Source: an uncultured Acidobacteriota bacterium
GTDB taxonomy: Bacteria; Acidobacteriota; UBA6911
Length of the DNA stretch: 64,000 nucleotides
Assembly: GCA_963827655.1 (NCBI GenBank)
Contig: CAWHCF010000013.1
Coordinates: 44,201 to 108,200 of the forward strand
Direction of reading: 5' to 3'
The stretch's first letter is position 1. Each line of letters opens with the position of its first letter. The notes under the pieces are model-generated. The model ran no database searches and was not told the DNA's origin. It saw nothing but the letters and a program-made list of their open reading frames with translations. Made by a program: the position numbers and the translations under genes. This document shows positions 1 to 9,246 of this stretch, one piece after another.

Positions 1-1787
1 CCGAAGGATTGTCGGCTGACCTGGAGCGGCTCGACCGCTACTATCAATCCGCAGGCTATGCCGCGGTTTCAATCGGGAAGCCGGAAATCTCCGTGCGAAC
101 TTTTCAATCGCGAAAATGGTTTCCATTACCGAGGAAGACGCGCGAACGCGAAGGGCTGATGATACGAATTCCCATCAATGAGGGTTCGCTCTTTCAGCTT
201 GCCTCGGTTCGGATCGAGGGCGAGGCGAAGGCGGCGGCTTCGGAGATAGCCGCCCTGACGGAGTCTCTTCAGGTTCCGCGCCCGTACGATTCCTCGCTTC
301 TCGAATCAATCCGCCAGAAAATGGTGGCTGCACTCGGCCGCTCCGGTTATGCCTTCGCACAGGTTCGCCTCGATCGGGGCGTCCACGAGCCCGACAAGAT
401 CGCTGCAGTGTACAGAATCGATGCCGGCGGTCCCTTTGTCGTAGGCCAGATCCGATTCGAGGGGAATCGCCGCCTGCCGGACAAGTTTCTTCGCCGCGAG
501 CTGGCTACACTAGAGGGTGACTTGTTCGATTCCGCCAAGCTGGACGAAAGCCTCGATCGGCTCAATCGAAGCAGCCTGGTCAAGGAGCTTCAGCGCGCCG
601 ATATTGAGTTGAGCTTGAACGACCGTGACACGCTGGACGTCACGTTCAAAGTCAAGGAGAAGGATCGACAGGGCATCTATGGAACCGGCGGCACGGGAGG
701 GATCGGCGGCGGCTATCTCGGGCTTCTCTACACGGCATTCAACCTGTTGGGCATCGGTGAAGCCCTGACCGTCCAGTTGGACGGAGGAGCAGCCCAATCA
801 AACCTGCTGGTCGATCTGCTGACTCGTCATTTCCTCGGCTCCCCGTTTACCCTGGCTCTATCCGGTTTCCATCGTGTCACTAACATCAACGTCGCGCGGA
901 TCGTTCCGGGGCCCGAGGACCTCATTGGAGTGTTGTGGCGCCGTTCGACGGGTTTCGGCGTCTCGGGAAGTTATCCACTGACTCCGGCTGCCCAGTTCGG
1001 AATCGGGGTTCAATTGAAGCGCGACTCCACGCGCGAAGCAGGCGGGAGCGGCGCCGGCCAGACAGCAACGCCGGTGGTCTACAAATCGGAGCTGAGTCCG
1101 TCATTCAGCTTTGATTCAACCCGCGGGATCGGGGCCGAAACGCGCGGCAGCAAGCTATTGCTGGCGCAGTCGTGGCGCGGGACCCCGTTTCTGGGCTCGG
1201 TCAAGTCGACCCGGCCCTCCCTGCAGTACGGTCGTTATCTGAAAGCCCCCAGGAAGAGCGGCCTGGCTTTCCAGGCTTACGCTACATTCGTTCAGCCGCA
1301 CGCAGGCCGCGCTCTCGCGCTGGAGGAGCGATTCTTCCCCGGGAATGAAATTGCGCGCGGCTTCCGGCGCGGCGCTCTCTCGCCCTGGAGCTATGCCCCG
1401 GACCTTGGTTCCGAAGCGCTTCGGCCTGCAGGGGCGGACGCGCTCGGACGGTTTTCGGCAGAGTACCGGGTGCCGCTGCGAGGGCCGCTCAGCTCGGCGC
1501 TTTTTCTCGACCTGGGATGGACGCGGGTAAGGCGCGGGGACGTTGAGTCCGCCGAAAGGGTAAGCCTGATCGAGGCGACCAACGGCTTGCTACGGGCCTC
1601 GACCGGTGGGGAATTGAGAATGCAGTTGCCTCTGATACGCCAGCCGGCGCGCGTGATCTTCGCCTGGAATCCTCTCCGGCTTCACACCCTGTTTCAGAGT
1701 CCGGATTCTGCGCCGCTCCGCATAGCGGATCCGCGCGGAGCGATCCGCTTCGCATTAGGACTGCAACGATTGACGATTTACGATTGA
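1..1787 (+). CDS. BamA/Omp85-family outer membrane protein (5'-truncated by window)
   Basis: POTRA-like segments (IRFEGNRRLPDKFLRRE, LDESLDRLNR, VTFKVKEK), barrel start 'FNLLGIGE', ARGF variant of the VRGF loop, 'FLDLG' near the C-terminus. Confidence 0.85.
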   Translation, partial: EGLSADLERLDRYYQSAGYAAVSIGKPEISVRTFQSRKWFPLPRKTREREGLMIRIPINEGSLFQLASVRIEGEAKAAASEIAALTESLQVPRPYDSSLLESIRQKMVAALGRSGYAFAQVRLDRGVHEPDKIAAVYRIDAGGPFVVGQIRFEGNRRLPDKFLRRELATLEGDLFDSAKLDESLDRLNRSSLVKELQRADIELSLNDRDTLDVTFKVKEKDRQGIYGTGGTGGIGGGYLGLLYTAFNLLGIGEALTVQLDGGAAQSNLLVDLLTRHFLGSPFTLALSGFHRVTNINVARIVPGPEDLIGVLWRRSTGFGVSGSYPLTPAAQFGIGVQLKRDSTREAGGSGAGQTATPVVYKSELSPSFSFDSTRGIGAETRGSKLLLAQSWRGTPFLGSVKSTRPSLQYGRYLKAPRKSGLAFQAYATFVQPHAGRALALEERFFPGNEIARGFRRGALSPWSYAPDLGSEALRPAGADALGRFSAEYRVPLRGPLSSALFLDLGWTRVRRGDVESAERVSLIEATNGLLRASTGGELRMQLPLIRQPARVIFAWNPLRLHTLFQSPDSAPLRIADPRGAIRFALGLQRLTIYD

Positions 1788-1866
1788 CGATTTACGATTG
1801 ACAATTCGCGATTAAACGCCGATTGCGATCGTAAATCGTCAATCGTCAATCGTCAATCGTAAACGT
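1766..1866. repeat. Inverted arrays of heptamer repeats (ACGATTG/ACGATTT vs CAATCGT/AAATCGT)
   Basis: About 7 tandem heptamers on the left arm and about 5 reverse-complement copies on the right arm, between convergent genes. Confidence 0.9.
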
Positions 1867-1881
1867 CCTGGTCCGGATGTT

Positions 1882-2385
1882 CTACTTAGTCTGAAAGTCT
1901 GCGCTGAGCCTCAGTGTGCCCCAGGTCGTTAGGAAGACGCCACCCTTCGCGGCTTCCTTCAATTCAATCGTAAAAGTCTCGACCGGACTGGAGGCGCTTT
2001 CCTTTTTCAGGGGCACTTTCAAGTCCTGGCTCGCTCCCGCTTGACCGGACTGCGATTGGAAAATCAATTCGAACTTGTCTTCGGCGACCTTACCCAACTG
2101 CAGGCGATAGCTTCCCTTCGGAATCTTGGTACTTCCGAAGGTCAGGTCCACGGGCGTGGTTAAGACCGACGGATCGTCCTGTCCCATACGCCACACGTCG
2201 CCGGTTTTCAATTGCCCGATCATGTCGCGCCCTTTCAACGAGGGGCGGCCATATTCAATCGTGATCGGTCCAGTCCCTGCCTTTAGCTCCGCCTTACCAC
2301 GGAGTCCTTGAGCCATCAACGGCGTTGCCAAAACACACGTCAGCAACAAACATTCAATCCAGCCGAGAGCTTTCTTATAATGCAT
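1882..2385 (-). CDS. DUF2911-family exported protein
   Basis: Signal peptide, 'IEYGRPSLKGR', 'VWRMG', 'IPKGSY'; GAGGAG RBS before ATG 2385. Confidence 0.8.
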   Translation of the reverse strand: MHYKKALGWIECLLLTCVLATPLMAQGLRGKAELKAGTGPITIEYGRPSLKGRDMIGQLKTGDVWRMGQDDPSVLTTPVDLTFGSTKIPKGSYRLQLGKVAEDKFELIFQSQSGQAGASQDLKVPLKKESASSPVETFTIELKEAAKGGVFLTTWGTLRLSADFQTK

Positions 2386-2560
2386 CGCTTTCTCCTCAGG
2401 GTTAGAAAGGGACAAAGAATAGCACCTGTCCCCGTTTCTTTCCAAGTTTCAAGGCGGAGATAGTATTAGTTCGTTGCGGATATCCGGTAGCTGTGCAACA
2501 CGGTCAATTCGATCGTCAGGTAACGAGGTCAAGAAGATGTCCGCGTTATTAAGCCCGAAA

Positions 2561-2591
2561 GCTGACGGCTGACCGCTGATAGCTGATCGCT
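2561..2591. repeat. Short GCTGANN heptamer tandem repeat
   Basis: gctgacg gctgacc gctgata gctgatc gct. Confidence 0.8.
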
Positions 2592-2642
2592 CTCGATCAT
2601 TTTGATTGCGGCCTTACGGCTGCGTTGTGGTTTCAGGCCAAA

Positions 2643-3938
2643 ATGACAACTGCCACCACCTCCCAACGACAGATCCTGTTGTTCTGGCTTCCGCTGGCTG
2701 CAAGCTGGACTCTCATGGGGATGGAGGGTCCGATCCTGCAGGCGATCATCGCGCGCCTTCCCAACCTCGAGACCCAGCTGGCGGCTTTCGGCATTGTGAT
2801 GAGCGTCGAGATTGCCATCGAAAGTCCGGTGATCATGCTTCTCGCAACCAGTACCGCCCTGGTCACCAACGCGCAAAGCTATTACACCCTGCGCCGTTTC
2901 ATGATCTGGGTCAACCTCCTGGTCACCCTGGTTGCTTTTCTGGTGGCGTTTACACCGCTCTATCGATTGCTGGTGTCGACTCTCATGGGTATCCCGACGC
3001 ACATTGCGGAAGCGGCTCGGCCCGGGATGAAAATAATGACATTCTGGTCCGCTGCTATCGGAGTTCGCCGTTTCCAGCAAGGCGTCTTGATCCGTCAGGG
3101 TCAGACGCGCTGGATAGGATACGGCACATTGGTGCGTCTGATTTCGTCTGCCGGAACGGGCATTCTGCTGGCTGTCCTTGTGCCGCTGCCGGGAGTTTAC
3201 ATTGCCAGCATCAGCCTGATGGCGGGGGTCGCCCTGGAGGCGCTGTTTATTGGATGGGCGGCCCGGCCCACGGTTGCCCGAATCCTGTCTTGGCCTGGTC
3301 AGGGCATTGGCGAGATCCTTTCATTCAATGATGTCGCTCGATATCACGCGCCACTTGCGGCCACATCGCTTCTGACCCTCTTGATCCAGCCTTTGATCGG
3401 CGCCGGATTGGCAAGGATGCAGTTTCCCGAGGAAAACCTGGCGGCATGGCCTGTGGTCTGGGGAGTGCTGTTCATCTTCCGCAGTCCCGCGTTTGCACTT
3501 CCGGAAGCGATCATCACACTGATATCCGAAAGGCGCTTGTTGGATCCTGTCCGCCAATTCTGCCGGAGGGTGGGAATTGCATCCTCATTGGCTCTTCTGA
3601 TCCTCACCGCGTCGCCGCTTTTGACTCTGTACCTGCGTTACCTCGCGGGACTGCCGGACAGCCTGTCACGTTTTGTCGTGCCGGGCCTGGTCCTCGGTGT
3701 TTTTATTCCGCTGGTCAATTCGATCCACAGCTGGTATCGCGGGCTCCTCATGGTAGGACGCCTGACCGGCGTGATTTACTGGAGCATGGCGCTTGGCCTG
3801 CTGGTGGCCGCGCTGGTTATCTTCGTCGGAGTAAAACTGCGCGCTCCAGGAGTCGCGACCGGCGTGACGGCAATGATAGCGTCGATGCTGGCGGAGATTT
3901 ACTATCTGCGAAAGAGATCGAATTCGGTGGTCTTTTAG
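2643..3938 (+). CDS. MOP-superfamily (MATE/ANKH-like) membrane transporter
   Basis: About 12 hydrophobic segments with an internal duplication (FWLPLAASW...IIARL / YHAPLAATS...GLARM). Confidence 0.65.
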   Translation: MTTATTSQRQILLFWLPLAASWTLMGMEGPILQAIIARLPNLETQLAAFGIVMSVEIAIESPVIMLLATSTALVTNAQSYYTLRRFMIWVNLLVTLVAFLVAFTPLYRLLVSTLMGIPTHIAEAARPGMKIMTFWSAAIGVRRFQQGVLIRQGQTRWIGYGTLVRLISSAGTGILLAVLVPLPGVYIASISLMAGVALEALFIGWAARPTVARILSWPGQGIGEILSFNDVARYHAPLAATSLLTLLIQPLIGAGLARMQFPEENLAAWPVVWGVLFIFRSPAFALPEAIITLISERRLLDPVRQFCRRVGIASSLALLILTASPLLTLYLRYLAGLPDSLSRFVVPGLVLGVFIPLVNSIHSWYRGLLMVGRLTGVIYWSMALGLLVAALVIFVGVKLRAPGVATGVTAMIASMLAEIYYLRKRSNSVVF

Positions 3939-3987
3939 TGTCTTCGCGTCTTCGTGGTTAGTTATAATCGCGGGCTTTCAGCCGTCA

Positions 3988-5481
3988 GTGGAGGAAGGTG
4001 TGATCAATTTCCGTCGCCGGGGCAGCTTCTGTCTCATCTCCTTGCTGCTGGCGCCCCTGAGCTGGAGCCAGACCCGGCCGGACAGGCGGCCCAACTTTAT
4101 CCTTATTATTGCAGACGACATGGCCTGGGATGACTACGGCGCGTACGGTCACCGTACCATCAAGACGCCGAACCTCGATCGTCTGGCGCGCCAGGGCATG
4201 CGTTTCGACCGCGCGTTTCTGACCGCTTCTTCCTGTAGTCCCAGCCGGGCAAGCTTGATCACCGGGCGGTATCCGCACAGCGCCGATGCCGAGCAGCTCC
4301 ATTGGCCGCTCCCTAAAGAGCAGATCACGTTCGTCGAGCTGCTCAAAAAGGCGGGCTACTGGACTGCGGCGGCCGGCAAGTGGCACCTCGGTGACGACGT
4401 GAAAGACCGGTTCGACCAGGTGCGTGAGGCGGACCCGGCCGGATTTCAGCTCGGGAGCAGTGGAGGGCTGGCCGTCAAGTCCGGGGCGGGCGCGGTTCAG
4501 AGCGGGTGCGATCAGTGGCTGCCGACCTTGCGCGCCCGTCCGCGGGGCAAGCCGTTTTTTCTCTGGCTGGCTTCCCTGGATCCGCATCGGGACTATGAGG
4601 AGAACACAATTCCGCAACCGCATCGGCCCGCCGACGTCGTGGTGCCACCCTACCTGCCGGACATTGCTGAGGTACGAAAAGAGCTTGCGCTTTACTACGA
4701 CGAGATCAGCCGGCTCGACCGGTTTGTCGCCGAGGTGCTGGCGGAACTCGATCGCCAGGGAGAGGCGGAGCATACGCTTGTGCTGTTCATGAGTGACAAC
4801 GGTCGGCCTTTCCCCAGGGCCAAGACCACGACGTATGACAGCGGCATCAAGACCCCCTGGGTCGTGCGCTGGCCGGCTCGCGTCAAAGCGGGGAGCGTTT
4901 GCAAGAATCTGGTGAGCGCAATCGACATCGCCCCGACGTTTATCGAACTGGCGGGTATCGTTCCTCGTGCCGGCTTTCAGGGGAAGAGCTTCGCCCGGCT
5001 ACTGGAGGACCCGCAGCGTGCAATCCACGACTACGTGTACGCGGAAGACAACTGGCACGATTACGCGGACCATGCTCGGGCGGTGCGATCGCTTCAATAC
5101 AAGTACATCCGCAATTACTACGACGACCTTCCCGGCACGCCGGGCGCCGATGCCGTTCGCAGCAGCACGTTTCAGGCGATGCTGCGGCTGCGAGTTGCGG
5201 GCGCGCTCAGTAATGAGCAGAGCAATGTGTTTGCCAGGCCCCGGCCGCGCGAGGAGTTCTACGACACGACGGCCGATCCGCACGAACTGCGGAATCTCGT
5301 CGACGACCCGCGCTATGCCGCGACTCTTGCGGAGATGCGGAAAGCTCTTCTCGACTGGGAGCGGGAAACCGGCGACCGCGTGCCGCGTATCAGGACCCCC
5401 GACGAATTCGATCGGGAAACTGGAACTCCACTGCCGAATCGCAAGCGACCGCGCCCGTCGAAGAAGGAGTTGGGCTTGTGA
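3988..5481 (+). CDS. Cys-type sulfatase (sulfamidase/SGSH-like)
   Basis: RPNFILIIADD, CSPSRASLITGRY, GKWH, DPHR, SDNG motifs; signal peptide. Confidence 0.93.
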   Translation: MEEGVINFRRRGSFCLISLLLAPLSWSQTRPDRRPNFILIIADDMAWDDYGAYGHRTIKTPNLDRLARQGMRFDRAFLTASSCSPSRASLITGRYPHSADAEQLHWPLPKEQITFVELLKKAGYWTAAAGKWHLGDDVKDRFDQVREADPAGFQLGSSGGLAVKSGAGAVQSGCDQWLPTLRARPRGKPFFLWLASLDPHRDYEENTIPQPHRPADVVVPPYLPDIAEVRKELALYYDEISRLDRFVAEVLAELDRQGEAEHTLVLFMSDNGRPFPRAKTTTYDSGIKTPWVVRWPARVKAGSVCKNLVSAIDIAPTFIELAGIVPRAGFQGKSFARLLEDPQRAIHDYVYAEDNWHDYADHARAVRSLQYKYIRNYYDDLPGTPGADAVRSSTFQAMLRLRVAGALSNEQSNVFARPRPREEFYDTTADPHELRNLVDDPRYAATLAEMRKALLDWERETGDRVPRIRTPDEFDRETGTPLPNRKRPRPSKKELGL

Positions 5482-5547
5482 CCGCGTCTTCGCGACTTTG
5501 CGTCCTGGTGGTGGGTCTTTACCCGGAGGGAAAGGAGAGCTGTTCAA

Positions 5548-6828
5548 ATGCGATTCAGAACTGACTGGCTTGTTTTATTCTGCCTGGCCGCTTATCCGGC
5601 GCAGGCGCAGTATGAGCTGCTTCTGTCGGGCGGCCACGTCATCGACCCGAAAAACCGGATCAACCAGCGCATGGATATCGGCATTGCCGATGGAAAGATC
5701 GCCGCGGTCGCATCGAAGATCGAACCAGCGCGAGCCAAGCGGACCATCGATCTTTCAGGGCTATACATGACGCCTGGACTGATCGATCTCCATACCCACC
5801 TTTTTGCGACTACCGGTATTCCCGGGGCGTGGGCCGGCGACAGCAGCGTCTTTCCGGACGGCTTCAGCTTTCGCGCCGGCGTCACCACGATGGCCGATGC
5901 CGGATCTTCGGGTTGGCGCAATTTTGAGACTTTCCGTCATACCGTGATCGACCGCGCGCGAACTCGAGTCCTGGCGTTCATCAATGTGGTCGGCCTGGGC
6001 ATGATCAACGATTTCGTAGAGCAGGATCGAAATGACATGAAACCCGATGAATTGGCCCGCCTGGCGCGCAAACACAAGGATGTCGTCGTAGGTATAAAAT
6101 CCGCGCACTATCAGGGTATCGATTGGACTTCGGTGGATCGCGCGATCGAGGCGGGTAAATTGGCCGACATTCCGATCATGGTAGATTTCGGCTACTTTCT
6201 CCCGGACCGCCCCTACTGGAAGCTCGTAACCGAGCGCCTGCGGCCGGGCGACATCAGTACCCACATGTTTCGTGGACCTGTCCCTTATGTTGATGATAAA
6301 GGCAAGCTGTTTGATTATCTTGCGCGCGCGCGGGCCCGGGGCGTGAAATTTGACGTCGGCCATGGCGGGGGAAGCTTCGTCATGAGAAACGCCGTTCCGG
6401 CCATCGCGCAGGGGTTTTATCCGGACTCCATCTCGACCGATCTTCATACTGGTAGCATGAACGGAGCCATGATCGACATGCCCACGACGATGTCGAAATT
6501 GCTGGTAATGGGAATGCCTTTAAACGAAGTGGTCCTGCGCTCGACCTGGAACCCGGCGGAAATGATCCGGAGACCGGAGCTGGGACATTTGAGTGTAGGC
6601 GCTCTCGCCGACATCGCCGTCTGGAAACTGCTCGAGGGTGATTTCGGCTTCGCCGATGCGGCCGGCGGAAAAATAACAGGGAAGCAGCGCCTGTTTTGCG
6701 AGCTGACCTTCAAAGACGGGCGTATCGTGTGGGACTGGAACGCGCGAGGCGGCGCCGATTATAAGACTCTCACCCCTACCTACGGAATCAGGGAAGGCAT
6801 CGATCATATCGTGAAGCCTAAACAGTAA
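5548..6828 (+). CDS. Metal-dependent amidohydrolase/deacetylase (dihydroorotase-like)
   Basis: PGLIDLHTH, GVTTMADAGSSG, DVGHGGGSF, ISTDLH motifs. Confidence 0.88.
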   Translation: MRFRTDWLVLFCLAAYPAQAQYELLLSGGHVIDPKNRINQRMDIGIADGKIAAVASKIEPARAKRTIDLSGLYMTPGLIDLHTHLFATTGIPGAWAGDSSVFPDGFSFRAGVTTMADAGSSGWRNFETFRHTVIDRARTRVLAFINVVGLGMINDFVEQDRNDMKPDELARLARKHKDVVVGIKSAHYQGIDWTSVDRAIEAGKLADIPIMVDFGYFLPDRPYWKLVTERLRPGDISTHMFRGPVPYVDDKGKLFDYLARARARGVKFDVGHGGGSFVMRNAVPAIAQGFYPDSISTDLHTGSMNGAMIDMPTTMSKLLVMGMPLNEVVLRSTWNPAEMIRRPELGHLSVGALADIAVWKLLEGDFGFADAAGGKITGKQRLFCELTFKDGRIVWDWNARGGADYKTLTPTYGIREGIDHIVKPKQ

Positions 6829-6920
6829 GGTTTGTCACTTAGCTTTTCTTCGTGTCTTTGAGGCTTAGTGGTTGGTTTTTGACACGAAGAAACGCGAAGC
6901 ATCTTAATAAGGATGAAGTA

Positions 6921-8201
6921 ATGACGCACGACACTGCTTTTGAGATGGCCACCTCCAGCATCCGTTTCGGACCAGGGGTCACGCGCGAGATTGGCATGGA
7001 TCTCGCCGACATGAATATCAAACGGGTCATGGTCCTTACCGATCCCAATCTGAGCCGGCTGGCTCCGGTGGCGACTGTTCTTGAATCCCTCTCTGACAGC
7101 AAGATCGAGTTTGTGCTTTTTGACCGCGTGCGCGTGGAGCCGACCGATGCCTCGTTCCGCGAGGCCATCGCCGTAGCGGCCCAGGGGAGGTTCGATGGCT
7201 TTGTCGCGGTGGGGGGCGGCTCGACGATTGACACGGCCAAAGCCGCCAACCTGTACTCGACCTATCCGCCTTCGGATTTTCTGGACTATGTCAATCTGCC
7301 GGTCGGAAAAGGGCTGCCGGTCCCCGGCCCGTTGAAACCGCTCGTGGCCGTGCCCACGACCGCAGGCACCGGAAGCGAGACCACCGGGATCGCGATTTTC
7401 GACTACACGGCGCTCCACGCAAAGACCGGCATCGCGCATCGGCGCCTGAAACCGACGCTTGGCATTCTCGATCCGGACAACACGCGAACCCTCCCGCCGC
7501 AGGTTGCTGTGGCCAGCGGCTTCGACGTCCTGAGCCACGCGATTGAATCATTCACCGCAATGCCTTTCGATCGCCGTCCGCGACCCGAGCGTCCGACCCT
7601 GCGGCCGGCGTACCAGGGATCCAATCCGGTCAGTGACATCTGGTCGCTCGAGGCGCTGCGGATGGTCGCAAAGTATCTGGTCCGCGCCGTGGAGGATTCT
7701 TCCGACGAAGAGGCGCGCGCGCGCATGCTTCTGGCAGCTGCCTGCGCCGGGATCGGCTTCGGGAATGCGGGAGTTCACTTGCCGCATGGAATGTCCTATC
7801 CAGTTTCCGGCATGGTCCGAAAGTTTCGCCCGGAGGGCTATCCGGTTGAACATCCCTTGGTACCTCATGGGATGTCGGTCATCTTGAATGCGCCGGCTGT
7901 GTTTCGGTTTACGGCGGAGGCATGCCCCGATCGGCATCTGATCGCGGCGGAAATCCTGGGCGCCGACGTGTCGCGCGCCCATCCGGCGGATGCGGGCAAG
8001 ATCCTCGCCGATCGAATTACGGGCTTGATGCGGCGGCTTCAGGTGCCGAACGGGCTGCGCGAGCTCGGTTACGACCGCGCCGACATCCCTGCCCTGGTCG
8101 CGGGCACGGTTCCTCAGCACCGCGTGACAAAGCTGTCACCGCGCCCCGCCGGCGAACCGGAGCTGGCGCGTTTGTTCGAGGAGGCGCTGGTGGCGTGGTA
8201 A
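6921..8201 (+). CDS. Hydroxyacid-oxoacid transhydrogenase (Fe-containing ADH family, ADHFE1-like)
   Basis: VEPTDASF, GGGSTIDTAK, PTTAGTGSE, RPAYQGSNP, GNAGVHLPHGMSYPV, VPHG. Confidence 0.9.
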   Translation: MTHDTAFEMATSSIRFGPGVTREIGMDLADMNIKRVMVLTDPNLSRLAPVATVLESLSDSKIEFVLFDRVRVEPTDASFREAIAVAAQGRFDGFVAVGGGSTIDTAKAANLYSTYPPSDFLDYVNLPVGKGLPVPGPLKPLVAVPTTAGTGSETTGIAIFDYTALHAKTGIAHRRLKPTLGILDPDNTRTLPPQVAVASGFDVLSHAIESFTAMPFDRRPRPERPTLRPAYQGSNPVSDIWSLEALRMVAKYLVRAVEDSSDEEARARMLLAAACAGIGFGNAGVHLPHGMSYPVSGMVRKFRPEGYPVEHPLVPHGMSVILNAPAVFRFTAEACPDRHLIAAEILGADVSRAHPADAGKILADRITGLMRRLQVPNGLRELGYDRADIPALVAGTVPQHRVTKLSPRPAGEPELARLFEEALVAW

Positions 8202-8235
8202 CTCTCCCGTCATGCAGAGAAGAAGTTGTAGTGGA

Positions 8236-9111
8236 TTACGGCAGCCCCAGAAGCTTTGCCGGATTGACCTTGGCCATGCGGTCGACTTCGGCCTCGGTGA
8301 ATCCCTGCGCGCGCAGCGCCCGGAAGAACGCCTCCAGGCCGTCCGGATGCAGCGGGTTTCCGGCCTGGCCCAGGTCGCTCGAGATAATGCAGTGCTCGGG
8401 CCCGACGGCCCGGATAGCCGCGGCGTACGCTCCGATGTCGTACACCTTGTTCGGCCCGATCAGCGCGTTGTAGACGAATTCGAGAAATGCGCCGAGTGCC
8501 GCGGCCCGCTTCATGTCATCCACTGTCATCTTTACCGGAGGAAGCATCGCGTGTGTGACGACGATCCGGTCTACGCCGGCCGCCCGGGCTTCTCGAATCA
8601 GCATCAGGGCTTCGTCGGGGGCCGAGTGCCCCGTCGCAAGCGTCAGTTTGTGCTTGCCGATGATCGAGAGCACTTCCTTGACTTCCGCAAGTAGCGCGCC
8701 GCCTCGCGACACCGGGACATAGGGACGGTCCTCCTTGGCGTCGCGCACCTGGTTCTCGGCATCAAAGGTCGGCATCCAGACCACGCGCCCCCAGCCACCT
8801 TTGACGCGCGTCATCCGTTCGACGGCGGCCGCGTTGATCCCGCCGACGGTGCGGTTCAGCGCAATGCCGCCGAAAAGCTCGATCCCGGGAACCTCCTTGC
8901 GCGCCAGGTAGGCCAGCGACGCCGTCGGCTCGTAGTGATTCTTGAGCACCAGCGCTCGCATGCGGCGGCTCTTCGCAAGCTTGGCCGCGTCGATGGCGTC
9001 AATCGAGCGCGGAACGCTGTCGGGATCGGAGTGGACGTGGATGTCGACGACTCCCTGCAAGCCCTGCGCCCAGAGCGCCGCCGGCAAGAAAAGGAAAGCG
9101 AGAAACCTCAT
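8236..9111 (-). CDS. DUF6282-like TIM-barrel metal-binding protein
   Basis: DIHVHSDPD, VLKNH, VWMPT, LATGH, VVTH, ISSDLGQ, NPAKLL. Confidence 0.75.
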   Translation of the reverse strand: MRFLAFLFLPAALWAQGLQGVVDIHVHSDPDSVPRSIDAIDAAKLAKSRRMRALVLKNHYEPTASLAYLARKEVPGIELFGGIALNRTVGGINAAAVERMTRVKGGWGRVVWMPTFDAENQVRDAKEDRPYVPVSRGGALLAEVKEVLSIIGKHKLTLATGHSAPDEALMLIREARAAGVDRIVVTHAMLPPVKMTVDDMKRAAALGAFLEFVYNALIGPNKVYDIGAYAAAIRAVGPEHCIISSDLGQAGNPLHPDGLEAFFRALRAQGFTEAEVDRMAKVNPAKLLGLP

Positions 9112-9246
9112 CGGTCAGTGTTCTCCTTTGGGCTTTCTGGCGTCCGACCCTGGGAATCTCAGGTCGTGCCGGGTGCTATTAGGAATATTAAAGGAAGCGC
9201 ATTCGCGCCGTGGGTCCTGCCGGTGACATAGAAGCTGGCTTCCGGC

